Assembly (NCBI GenBank): GCA_965222615.1 | Contig: CBDCUI010000008.1 | Span: forward strand, 960,001-1,024,000 | Direction: 5' to 3' | DNA: 64,000 nucleotides | DNA from: Gammaproteobacteria bacterium | Lineage (GTDB): Bacteria; Pseudomonadota; Gammaproteobacteria; UBA4575 | Shown here: piece after piece, positions 10,878 to 19,323 of the stretch | How positions within the stretch are numbered: the first letter of the stretch is position 1 | Layout: each line of letters opens with the position of its first letter | The notes under the pieces: generated by a model | Told to the model about the DNA's origin: nothing | Databases searched by the model: none | What the model saw: only the letters and a program-made list of their open reading frames with translations | Made by a program: the position numbers and the translations under genes

Positions 10878-13072
10878 AAAACTCACTTAAACAAATCGAC
10901 TTTCAGAAGTTTACTGATCTGGTATTACATTTGAATCCTAACATTCAAGTGTTATCAGCTTGTGATAGCGATGGAGAAATATTTTGGTTAAGTGATCAGT
11001 CCTATAAAAAAGCAGTAAATACAGTTACGACCGAACTTCACCAAAACTTAGATCGTAATCAAAACAGTGATCATACTTATTTTAGATCCTCTGGTAGAGG
11101 AGAATCTCTCTATCACATTGTGTTATTTGACATGGCTGATAATCCATGTGGTGGCCTTACTATAATTGTAAAAGTTGATAGCAATCAAAACGAAGAGAAC
11201 CCCTGCGACAAACAAAGTTTAGAATTTGTTGCTACATGTGTCACAAAAGAGCGCGAGCTTGTTGCTGAGCTAAATTCAATGGCACATGAGTTAGAAGAAA
11301 GATATGAAGAATTAAATCTAGTATACGATACCTCTGATCAGTCTGATGGACCAATAAATGGTCCAGAAGTTTTGCAACAGCTTGTTCAAAATTGTACTGA
11401 TTATCTTGATGTTGCCATGGCGGTATTAATTATGCCTCGAGAGGATCTAACGGTATTTCATCATAATACTAAACACACTATTCACTATATTCACTCAATA
11501 CTCTTACAACTCAGAAATAGTTTATATCCATGGACGGAAGAAAATGCATCTAGTCTAGTAATGAATGATTTAACTGATACACGGCGCGTTACACTTTTAC
11601 CGGACGTGCCTTACAAAGTTATTTGTTGTCCTATTTTAGTTTCTAATAACGAAGTGAGTGGAATACTCGTCACATTAAATCCAAACTATTCTCGTGATTT
11701 TACAAATAGTGACCGCAATTTATTAGAAACCATGTCGAAAAAAGCGGCTAAAGTTGCGATGGCTAACTATGACGCCCTGACTGGTCTATTAAAACGCAAT
11801 GGATTTGAACATTTGCTTGAAAATGCGCTTGCCTCTGCACAATCAGAAGGAAAAATATATTGTGTGTTACATATAGATATAGATGGAGTGAAAGTTATTA
11901 ATGATACGGCTCATACTAAAGCTGGTGATCAGTTAATCATTGATGTCGGAAATTTAATACGTGACAAAATACGAGATACAGATTCTTTAGCACGTTTGAC
12001 TGGCGACAAATATGGTGTGTTACTTGATTCATGTTCTTTAGAAATGAGTTGCAGTATCGCAGATAACATTCGTTCAGCAATTCATGAAATGAATTTTTCT
12101 TGGGATGGACACGTTTATGATACTTCTGCATGTATAGGTGTTGCAGAAATGAATGCTGATTGTGAAAGCATTCAAAGTGTCTTTGCAGCTGCGGAGTTAG
12201 CAGTAAATGTTGCTAAGGAACAAGGTCGCAATCTTGTACAAGTTTATCAGCCGGGAGATACACAATTACAACGTCGTAAAGGTGAAGTGCTTTGGGTAAG
12301 AGTCATACAGAAGGCATTAAATCAAAACGGATTTGAGTTATATTGTCAAATGATCCAACCAATTGATAATTCTTCCCATACTTTACATTTTGAAATTTTA
12401 CTAAGAATGTTGGATACAGATGGCACGGTTATAACGCCGGGTAAATTCATGCCAGCTGCAGAAAGATTCCGTCTCATGCCAATGATCGACACATGGGTTG
12501 TTGAAAAAACCTTTGAGATGCTTGCCGAAGCAGCCGATTATGCGGACGTTAATGATTATATATGGACAATAAATCTTTCTGGTCAATCAATGAATGAACC
12601 AAATTTAGAAGAGATAGTTTCAACACTTGTAAATAAATATCAAATTTCTCCTGAAATGTTTTGTTTTGAGGTTACAGAAACGGTTGCTGTAAGTAATTTG
12701 AAAGATGCAAGACATCTTATAACTACTCTAAAAGATCAAGGTTTTCAATTTGCGTTAGATGATTTTGGCTCTGGGTTAAGTTCTTTTGCATATTTAAAGA
12801 GTTTACCGGTTGATTATCTTAAAATTGATGGAGCTTTTATAAAAGGAATTGTTGATGATCCTTTTACGGAAGCTATTGTAAGAGCGATTAATCAAGTGAG
12901 CCAAGTACGTGGTCTTGAAACAATTGCTGAATTTGTAGAAAACCCAGAAATAATTCGTTGTATCAAAGATATTGGGATTAATTATGCTCAAGGTTATGGC
13001 ATAAGTGCACCCATTCCACTTTCTGAGCAGTTAAATAAATTACGACTCGAAAAATTACGTTTTGTTAGTTAA
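10874..13072 (+). CDS. GAF-GGDEF(degenerate)-EAL protein, probable c-di-GMP phosphodiesterase
   Basis: DALTGL and RLTGDKY (degenerate GGDEF); EILLR, FEVTE, DDFGSG, KIDG and QGY EAL motifs intact. Confidence 0.9.
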   Translation: MKNSLKQIDFQKFTDLVLHLNPNIQVLSACDSDGEIFWLSDQSYKKAVNTVTTELHQNLDRNQNSDHTYFRSSGRGESLYHIVLFDMADNPCGGLTIIVKVDSNQNEENPCDKQSLEFVATCVTKERELVAELNSMAHELEERYEELNLVYDTSDQSDGPINGPEVLQQLVQNCTDYLDVAMAVLIMPREDLTVFHHNTKHTIHYIHSILLQLRNSLYPWTEENASSLVMNDLTDTRRVTLLPDVPYKVICCPILVSNNEVSGILVTLNPNYSRDFTNSDRNLLETMSKKAAKVAMANYDALTGLLKRNGFEHLLENALASAQSEGKIYCVLHIDIDGVKVINDTAHTKAGDQLIIDVGNLIRDKIRDTDSLARLTGDKYGVLLDSCSLEMSCSIADNIRSAIHEMNFSWDGHVYDTSACIGVAEMNADCESIQSVFAAAELAVNVAKEQGRNLVQVYQPGDTQLQRRKGEVLWVRVIQKALNQNGFELYCQMIQPIDNSSHTLHFEILLRMLDTDGTVITPGKFMPAAERFRLMPMIDTWVVEKTFEMLAEAADYADVNDYIWTINLSGQSMNEPNLEEIVSTLVNKYQISPEMFCFEVTETVAVSNLKDARHLITTLKDQGFQFALDDFGSGLSSFAYLKSLPVDYLKIDGAFIKGIVDDPFTEAIVRAINQVSQVRGLETIAEFVENPEIIRCIKDIGINYAQGYGISAPIPLSEQLNKLRLEKLRFVS

Positions 13073-13121
13073 GTTTATTGAATTTGAACCTGTGCATCCA
13101 ACGGATAAATAATTTTAAAGG

Positions 13122-15188
13122 TTGATATCAGTGAGCGCCGCTGAAGAATATATTACTCAAGAAATCATGTGTAGCCGCGTAGGTGCTATGACCTATCTTG
13201 CGCCTAAGTCTAAACTTGTTGGAGATTCTATAGAAGCTTTTAAATCGGTCGTTTCTGATTGCATTAATAAAAATGAAAGCCATATTATAGTTGATCTTGC
13301 AACTACTGTACTTATTAATAGTGCAGCCCTTGAAACTTTATTGGACACTCAAGATGAATTAATGAAATTAGGGGGCAGTCTAAAGCTCGCAAACGTCAAG
13401 GAGAATATACTAGAGATATTTCAAATTACTGGATTTAAAAACGCAATAAGCATACTGAAAGCCGATGGACAAGCAACTGTCATCACAGCTATACAGAAAG
13501 ATTTTAAAGATAATTTGCGGCTAGGCGATATTCTTTTAGCTAAAGGCATAATTACAGCAGCGCAAATAAATGAGGCGTTAAAACTACAGGAGGCAACTGG
13601 TAAAAAACTTGGTCAAGTTATTGTAGATCGTGGGTGGGTTTCTGAACAGGAAATATTAAAGGCACTTTCTGAGCAGCTATCTGTTCCATATATTCGGTTA
13701 AAAGCGGGTCTTTATGATCCAGAAGTAGTAGGTTTGCTTGATAAAAATGTTGCAAAACGTTTAAAGGTACTACCATTATTCAAAATCAGAGGTGAGCTTT
13801 CTTTGGCCACTGCTGATGCGCAAGCAGTTCCAAGTTTTAATGAAGTCGAAGAGCGTTTAGGTTGTCGTGTAAGACCAATTCTTGCGCGTCGCGAAGATAT
13901 TCTTGAGAGCATTAATGAAGCCTATACACATAATAATCTTGCAACTGAATTTATTAGTGAGTTAGAAGATGATTTTGAAGTTATTGAAAATCAGCTCGAC
14001 CATGATTACGCAGCAATTGATGAAGTTGCAGCAGAAAGTCCAGTAATCAACCTTATAAATTCAATAATTCAACGCGCAGTTCGCGATCATGCAAGTGATG
14101 TGCATATAGAACCAGCACGTGGAAAATCTCGTGTACGTTTTCGCATTGATGGTTTGTTATATGAAGTAATGACACCCAAAGCAGAATTACATCCTGCATT
14201 AGTGTCGCGTTTAAAGGTTATGGCAAACCTAGATATTTCAGAACGCAGGTTACCTCAAGATGGCCGTATTCAAGTGCAAACTCAAGGTCGCTCTGTGGAT
14301 TTACGTTTTAGTTCATTGCCAGGTCTTTATGGTGAAAAAGTCGTTCTACGCGTGTTAGATAAAAATCAGGCAATTCTTGATGTTAACAAGTTAGGAATGA
14401 GTAAAGATACTTTAAATGTGTTTACCGATTTATTAGATAGCAGTTATGGCTTGTTACTTGTAACTGGTCCAACAGGTAGCGGTAAAACAACGAGTTTATA
14501 TGCAGCGATAAATTACTTAAATTCAATTGAAAAAAATATTGTAACAATTGAGGAGCCAGTCGAATATCAGGTAGATATTGTCAATCAAAATGAGGTGAAA
14601 GGAAAAATTGGTTTAACCTTTGCAAAAATGCTTAAGCATGTTTTACGACAAGATCCTGATGTAGTTATGGTAGGAGAGATACGTGAGCGTGAAACTGCCG
14701 AAATAGCTGTACAAGCTGCACTAACAGGACATCTTGTTTTATCCACTCTACACACCAATGACAGTGTAGGTGCGATTAATCGCATGATTGATATGGGGAT
14801 AGAGCCTTATTTATTATCTTCTGCAATGATTGGTGTTGTTGCACAACGCTTAGTCAGAGTAATTTGTCCTGCCTGTAAAACCAGTTCCTTAGCTCCCCCC
14901 GAAATTGTTAAACGCTATGCATGGTTAGAAGAAGATACGGTTAAACTTTATCGTGGTCGAGGGTGCCCCGAATGTTATGACTCTGGTTACAAAGGTCGTA
15001 TCGGTATTTACGAGGCATTGCAAGCGGATGCGGATCTGCAACAACTTATTATGACTAATCCCAGTCGAGATGAGTTAGATATTTATATCGAGAAACAAAA
15101 TATCAAAACATTGTTTTCAGATGGGTTAGATCGGGTGCGTGAAGGCATTACTACGATTGAAGAAGTAACGCGTGTAGTTAATACCTAA
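13122..15188 (+). CDS. PilB/GspE assembly ATPase with N-terminal STAS and MshEN domains
   Basis: VDLATTVLINSAAL (STAS); tandem RLGxxL...Q / KLGxx...Q (MshEN); GPTGSGKT; DPDVVMVGEIR; CPAC/CPEC. Confidence 0.93.
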   Translation: MISVSAAEEYITQEIMCSRVGAMTYLAPKSKLVGDSIEAFKSVVSDCINKNESHIIVDLATTVLINSAALETLLDTQDELMKLGGSLKLANVKENILEIFQITGFKNAISILKADGQATVITAIQKDFKDNLRLGDILLAKGIITAAQINEALKLQEATGKKLGQVIVDRGWVSEQEILKALSEQLSVPYIRLKAGLYDPEVVGLLDKNVAKRLKVLPLFKIRGELSLATADAQAVPSFNEVEERLGCRVRPILARREDILESINEAYTHNNLATEFISELEDDFEVIENQLDHDYAAIDEVAAESPVINLINSIIQRAVRDHASDVHIEPARGKSRVRFRIDGLLYEVMTPKAELHPALVSRLKVMANLDISERRLPQDGRIQVQTQGRSVDLRFSSLPGLYGEKVVLRVLDKNQAILDVNKLGMSKDTLNVFTDLLDSSYGLLLVTGPTGSGKTTSLYAAINYLNSIEKNIVTIEEPVEYQVDIVNQNEVKGKIGLTFAKMLKHVLRQDPDVVMVGEIRERETAEIAVQAALTGHLVLSTLHTNDSVGAINRMIDMGIEPYLLSSAMIGVVAQRLVRVICPACKTSSLAPPEIVKRYAWLEEDTVKLYRGRGCPECYDSGYKGRIGIYEALQADADLQQLIMTNPSRDELDIYIEKQNIKTLFSDGLDRVREGITTIEEVTRVVNT

Positions 15189-15200
15189 AGAGTTTCGCTT

Positions 15201-16328
15201 ATGCCTATTGAAATAAAACAAGATGCGACCATTCACACAGATAGCCAAAAAAGTAGTATATGGCATGGGAAAGCCTCGTTCTTTAACAGCAAAAAAATAT
15301 CACCTAAAGATAGGATTATCTTATTTCAGCAAATTCAGCTATTACTTCAAACTGGAACCCCTCTGTATGCAGGTTTATGTGCTTTAGAGAAACAAATAGA
15401 AAAACCTGCAGTGAAAGATTTAATTGCAAAATTGATAGAAACAATTGATGAAGGAAAGTCTTTTTCCTATGCATTATCTAAATTTCCGAATGTGTTCACT
15501 TCAACACAAATTAATCTAATATCTGCAAGTGAAGAAGGTGGATTTATGCCTGAAGTATTACAACAGATTTTAGACATGGAAGAACGTCGAGAGAAACTAA
15601 GAAACACATTAGTATCAGCAATATCTTACCCCAGTTTTTTAGCAATTTTTTCCCTTGCAGTAGTTGTATTCATATTAACAGTAGTTTTTCCTAAGTTTTC
15701 AGAATTATTTGCCAAGATACATGATCAGTTACCAATCACGACTAAAGCACTTATGTGGATGAGCGAAGTATTGACAGATCATTGGATGATAGTGATTGGA
15801 GTGGTCGCTGCTTTAGTGCTATTAGTTAGTCGTTGGACAAAAAGTGAGGCAGGTAAATCACTTATTGATAAATTTAAGCTATCATTTCCAGTCATAAAGA
15901 ATGTTTTTACGCAGATGTACCTTGTTCAGTCTTTACGTGTCATGAGTTTATCGCTTGGAAATGGAGTGAGTATTATGGATACCTTAGCTGATTGTAAAAA
16001 TACTGTGCAAAATAAAATCTATCAGAGCTTTCTGCAAGATGTTGAGTTGAAAGTACAAGAAGGTAGTGGAATTAGTAGCGGGTTTGCACAAGTAGAGTTT
16101 ATTCCGCCATTGGTTAAGCAAATGATTACCACAGGCGAAGAGACGGGTAATTTACCTAAGGTGATGAAAAAAATTGCAGATCATTATGAAACTGAATTGT
16201 TAAAGTACTTACAAACGTTATCTAAGCTTGCAGAGCCTATTATGCTGCTATTAATGGGTGGATTAGTTGGAATTATTGTAAGCTCACTAATTTTGCCCAT
16301 CTTTTCACTATCAAGAGCTGTACACTAA
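15201..16328 (+). CDS. PilC/GspF inner-membrane platform protein
   Basis: Two T2SSF repeats (SEEGG, GEETGNL), ISYP, LAEP and three TM segments. Confidence 0.93.
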   Translation: MPIEIKQDATIHTDSQKSSIWHGKASFFNSKKISPKDRIILFQQIQLLLQTGTPLYAGLCALEKQIEKPAVKDLIAKLIETIDEGKSFSYALSKFPNVFTSTQINLISASEEGGFMPEVLQQILDMEERREKLRNTLVSAISYPSFLAIFSLAVVVFILTVVFPKFSELFAKIHDQLPITTKALMWMSEVLTDHWMIVIGVVAALVLLVSRWTKSEAGKSLIDKFKLSFPVIKNVFTQMYLVQSLRVMSLSLGNGVSIMDTLADCKNTVQNKIYQSFLQDVELKVQEGSGISSGFAQVEFIPPLVKQMITTGEETGNLPKVMKKIADHYETELLKYLQTLSKLAEPIMLLLMGGLVGIIVSSLILPIFSLSRAVH

Positions 16329-16562
16329 ATTAGGTACAGTGTCGATTCACACTAAGCAGTTTCTCAGTAGGCTGCAGTTCGTATGACATATTTTGTCACT
16401 AGTTCTCTAATTGTATGGACAAAGTTTGTAATCTATAGAAGCTTGTCGATTCAGATATCAATTATTCATATAATCAAATATAAACTTTATAGTAACTAAC
16501 TATTTGCAAATAGGTTATTTGGGAATCCAAATTCCCAAAAATTGTAACTCCATCACTCGTCG

Positions 16563-16579
16563 TTGGCATATCTTCTGCA
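16563..16579 (+). promoter_or_regulatory. Sigma54 (-24/-12) promoter candidate for pilin copy 2
   Basis: TTGGCATATCTTCTGCA fits GG-N10-GC; candidate enhancer TGACA-N5-TGTCA at 16384-16398. Confidence 0.6.
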
Positions 16580-16713
16580 CTATTCGTATCAGTTAAAACT
16601 AAATATTCGGCGTGAATGAGTTATGTGAACTGTATTGTTCAGTTCATAGCTTTGTTTGCCGATAACCAATACAGATAACTATGTATTTTTCAATAGACTT
16701 TTGAGGGATCAAA

Positions 16714-17244
16714 CAATGAGAACAGCAAAGAGCAAGCGAGCACAGGGATTCACCTTGGTGGAGCTATTAATCGTAGTGATTATATTGGCGATATTGGCGG
16801 CAATCATCGTGCCGCAATTTTCTGCTAGTACCAACGATGCCAAAGCGGCAGCATTACAGTCCAATCTTGCCAACATGCGTTCGGCAATCGAATTCTATTT
16901 TCAAGAACACGGCGAATATCCGGGAGCCAATATTGCCACCGGAGCGACCTGTGTAAATGGAGCAGCGGTAACATCAGGAGCCGCCAATAGTGAAGCGGCC
17001 TTATTAGCGCAACTTACGCGTTATACGAATGCGGATGGATTAGCGTGTACCGGAAAAGATGCGACGACATTTAAGTATGGGCCGTATTTAAAGAGCGCGA
17101 TCCCGGATAATCCGGAAGGAACGAGCAATACCATCACGGTAGTGAATGCTGGGGTATTGGGGTTGACCTCAGGAACGACAGGTGGTTGGCGCTATGACAC
17201 CGTGACTGGTGAATTCATTGCGGATCATTAATCGATAATTCCCT
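16714..17244 (+). repeat. Direct repeat of the pilin gene, copy 2
   Basis: Matches 3891-4421 except at one position. Confidence 0.95.
16716..17231 (+). CDS. Major pilin / GspG-like pseudopilin, copy 2 (protein identical to copy 1)
   Basis: Same 171-aa sequence as 3893-4408; ATG at 16716 preceded by GAGGGA. Confidence 0.9.
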   Translation: MRTAKSKRAQGFTLVELLIVVIILAILAAIIVPQFSASTNDAKAAALQSNLANMRSAIEFYFQEHGEYPGANIATGATCVNGAAVTSGAANSEAALLAQLTRYTNADGLACTGKDATTFKYGPYLKSAIPDNPEGTSNTITVVNAGVLGLTSGTTGGWRYDTVTGEFIADH

Positions 17245-17268
17245 CGACCATATGGTCGAGGGAATTAT
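17235..17268 (+). terminator. Perfect 34-bp palindrome after pilin copy 2
   Basis: ATAATTCCCTCGACCATATGGTCGAGGGAATTAT is its own reverse complement; followed by TT. Confidence 0.7.
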
Positions 17269-17277
17269 TTCCACAAT

Positions 17278-17835
17278 ATGAATATGTTCCGGAATAGAGG
17301 GGTTACCCTTACAGATACTATGCTTGCAGTTGCAATCATGGCGATGTTTGCTGTTATTGCATTTCCATCATTTACTTCTAGTGAAAAATATCAGCTTGAT
17401 TTAGCTGTACAAGAAATAAGAGCAGCTATAGGTTTTGCACGTAACGAAGCATTGCGTACAGGCGATGTTTATGGCGTAGATATAGATCGCACTACTAATC
17501 AATTTACTATTTACAAGGCAGATCTTACCGCAACTCCCGTTGCACAAGAGTTTATCGCCTATCATCCAATCAATAAAAACCTATACGACTATAATCTCAA
17601 TACAGATTTTAATTTATCAAATATCAAAATAACAAATACAACTGAACCTTTTTTATTTACAGATTCGGTAAGACGAAATTCATTATTGTTTACCGGGAAT
17701 GGTAACCCTGTATGGATTGATTCTAGTTCCGGTGCAATTCGTCAGCTCGTAAGTGGAAGTTTACGGTTAGCGATTAATTCACGAATAAATAATCTCAATA
17801 TAGAGCCATATAGTGGAAGAGTTACCATGCAATGA
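17278..17835 (+). CDS. FimT/GspH-like minor pilin
   Basis: RG|VTLTDTMLAVAIMAMFAVIAFP (Asp at position +5) and ARNEAL motif. Confidence 0.8.
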   Translation: MNMFRNRGVTLTDTMLAVAIMAMFAVIAFPSFTSSEKYQLDLAVQEIRAAIGFARNEALRTGDVYGVDIDRTTNQFTIYKADLTATPVAQEFIAYHPINKNLYDYNLNTDFNLSNIKITNTTEPFLFTDSVRRNSLLFTGNGNPVWIDSSSGAIRQLVSGSLRLAINSRINNLNIEPYSGRVTMQ

Positions 17836-18275
17836 AAAAACACAGCTACGCTACAAATTGTTGTCGGAAAATACGAGGTTTTTCTTATGTAGAGGTTTTG
17901 GTTGCAACAGTATTTCTTGCGATTACGCTGGTGCCGGCATTGGAAACATTAGAAGGTGCACTGAATGGTTCGCAGGTGCATGAAGCATTATTAACGCAAC
18001 AGTTTCATCTACAAACTAAGTTAGAAGAAGTGCTTGCGCAGTCTTATGACGCATTAGATGCTGTGGCGGTTGCTGCAGGAAGTAGCACTGTACCCACCAG
18101 CTATTCTGATGCAATTGGAGAAACTCATCGACGCCTTGTCTATTTGTCTAAATACGATGGCGATAACGTTGATGGAGATGGTGACCCTTTTACTGGAGTG
18201 GATGATGATTTGCTTTGGGTACGTGTTGAAATTGAAGCCACTGAATTTTCACTTGAAACCTTAACGAACAGATAA
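17832..18275 (+). CDS. PilV/GspI-like minor pilin
   Basis: RG|FSYVEVLVA class III signal; position in the H-I-J-K series. Confidence 0.78.
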   Translation: MKKHSYATNCCRKIRGFSYVEVLVATVFLAITLVPALETLEGALNGSQVHEALLTQQFHLQTKLEEVLAQSYDALDAVAVAAGSSTVPTSYSDAIGETHRRLVYLSKYDGDNVDGDGDPFTGVDDDLLWVRVEIEATEFSLETLTNR

Positions 18276-18291
18276 TGTGTTGAGTAGTTGC

Positions 18292-19323
18292 ATGCAAGTG
18301 ATTATACAAAAAAAGCACGTAAAGGGCTTTTCGCTTATCGAACTATTGGCTGCAGTAACGATTACGGCACTATTACTGGTTGCAATGCAAAATGTAATCA
18401 GTCCTGCGCTTGAAGCCAATCAAGCGGCTCAAACTCGTAATGATACGGTTCAAGCTGCACGTTTGAGTATGGATAAAATGGTGCGTGCTGTGAGTCGCAG
18501 TCCTGGTTTGTTACTACCATTCAATGATAAACCTTTAACTCCCTACCCCGATAATATTCGCGAACAAACGAATCCAGCTTCGCCACCACCTCCTGGTAGC
18601 ACCTTAGCCACGGCAGTGTTGGCCGTCAGACAAGATCCAACTATCGATCTCAATGGTGATGGAATCGTAGATGTTGATAACGATGGCGATGGTAAAACAG
18701 ATGAAGATTTACCCGCCGATATGACCAATGATTCTAGTCCGGGAATAAAAGGCATTGATGATGATGGCGATGGTTCTATCGATGAAGGTATGTTTGCAGA
18801 TCGTGATGATGATGAATATTTAGGTGTTTCTAATGAAGATCAAATCGATGGTGTCGATAACGACAATGATAATAATATCGATGAAGATTCGTCTGCCGAT
18901 ATGAATGGTGATGGTGCTCCTGGTATTGCTGGAGTGGATGATGATGGTGATGGGCTTATCGATGAAGGCAGTGGTGAAGAAGAAGAGGAGGAGGAGGAAG
19001 AAGAAGAAGATTATAGAGATGAAGATGATGATGAAGACGGTCAGAGGAATGAAGATTGGTTTGATCCCGTGGTGTTTTATTTACAAGGGGATTCATTAAT
19101 TGAACGTATCCCGGTTCCTTGGGATGAAAATTCAAGTGGAAAGGTTACCGGAGAAGATTATGTAGAAAGCGTGCTTGCGGAAAACGTAACGCGTTTTCGT
19201 GTCGAACGTATTCTACAGGGTTCGGATCGTACCACCATGGTGGAGCTTACTTTAGAGCTTACGCCACCGGATGGTGAGATGTTTAGCCTTTCTACCCGCG
19301 TACGAGTAGGTGGGTCACTATGA
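18292..19323 (+). CDS. PilW/GspJ-like minor pilin with acidic DxDGDGxxDE repeats and a poly-Glu tract
   Basis: KG|FSLIELLAAV signal; repeated DGDG units; E11 tract at 18976-19008. Start may be the GTG at 18277. Confidence 0.8.
   Translation: MQVIIQKKHVKGFSLIELLAAVTITALLLVAMQNVISPALEANQAAQTRNDTVQAARLSMDKMVRAVSRSPGLLLPFNDKPLTPYPDNIREQTNPASPPPPGSTLATAVLAVRQDPTIDLNGDGIVDVDNDGDGKTDEDLPADMTNDSSPGIKGIDDDGDGSIDEGMFADRDDDEYLGVSNEDQIDGVDNDNDNNIDEDSSADMNGDGAPGIAGVDDDGDGLIDEGSGEEEEEEEEEEEDYRDEDDDEDGQRNEDWFDPVVFYLQGDSLIERIPVPWDENSSGKVTGEDYVESVLAENVTRFRVERILQGSDRTTMVELTLELTPPDGEMFSLSTRVRVGGSL

Noticed and set aside
16656-16715. 20-aa N-terminal extension of pilin copy 2
   Set aside because: Identity with copy 1 and the RBS both point to ATG 16716.
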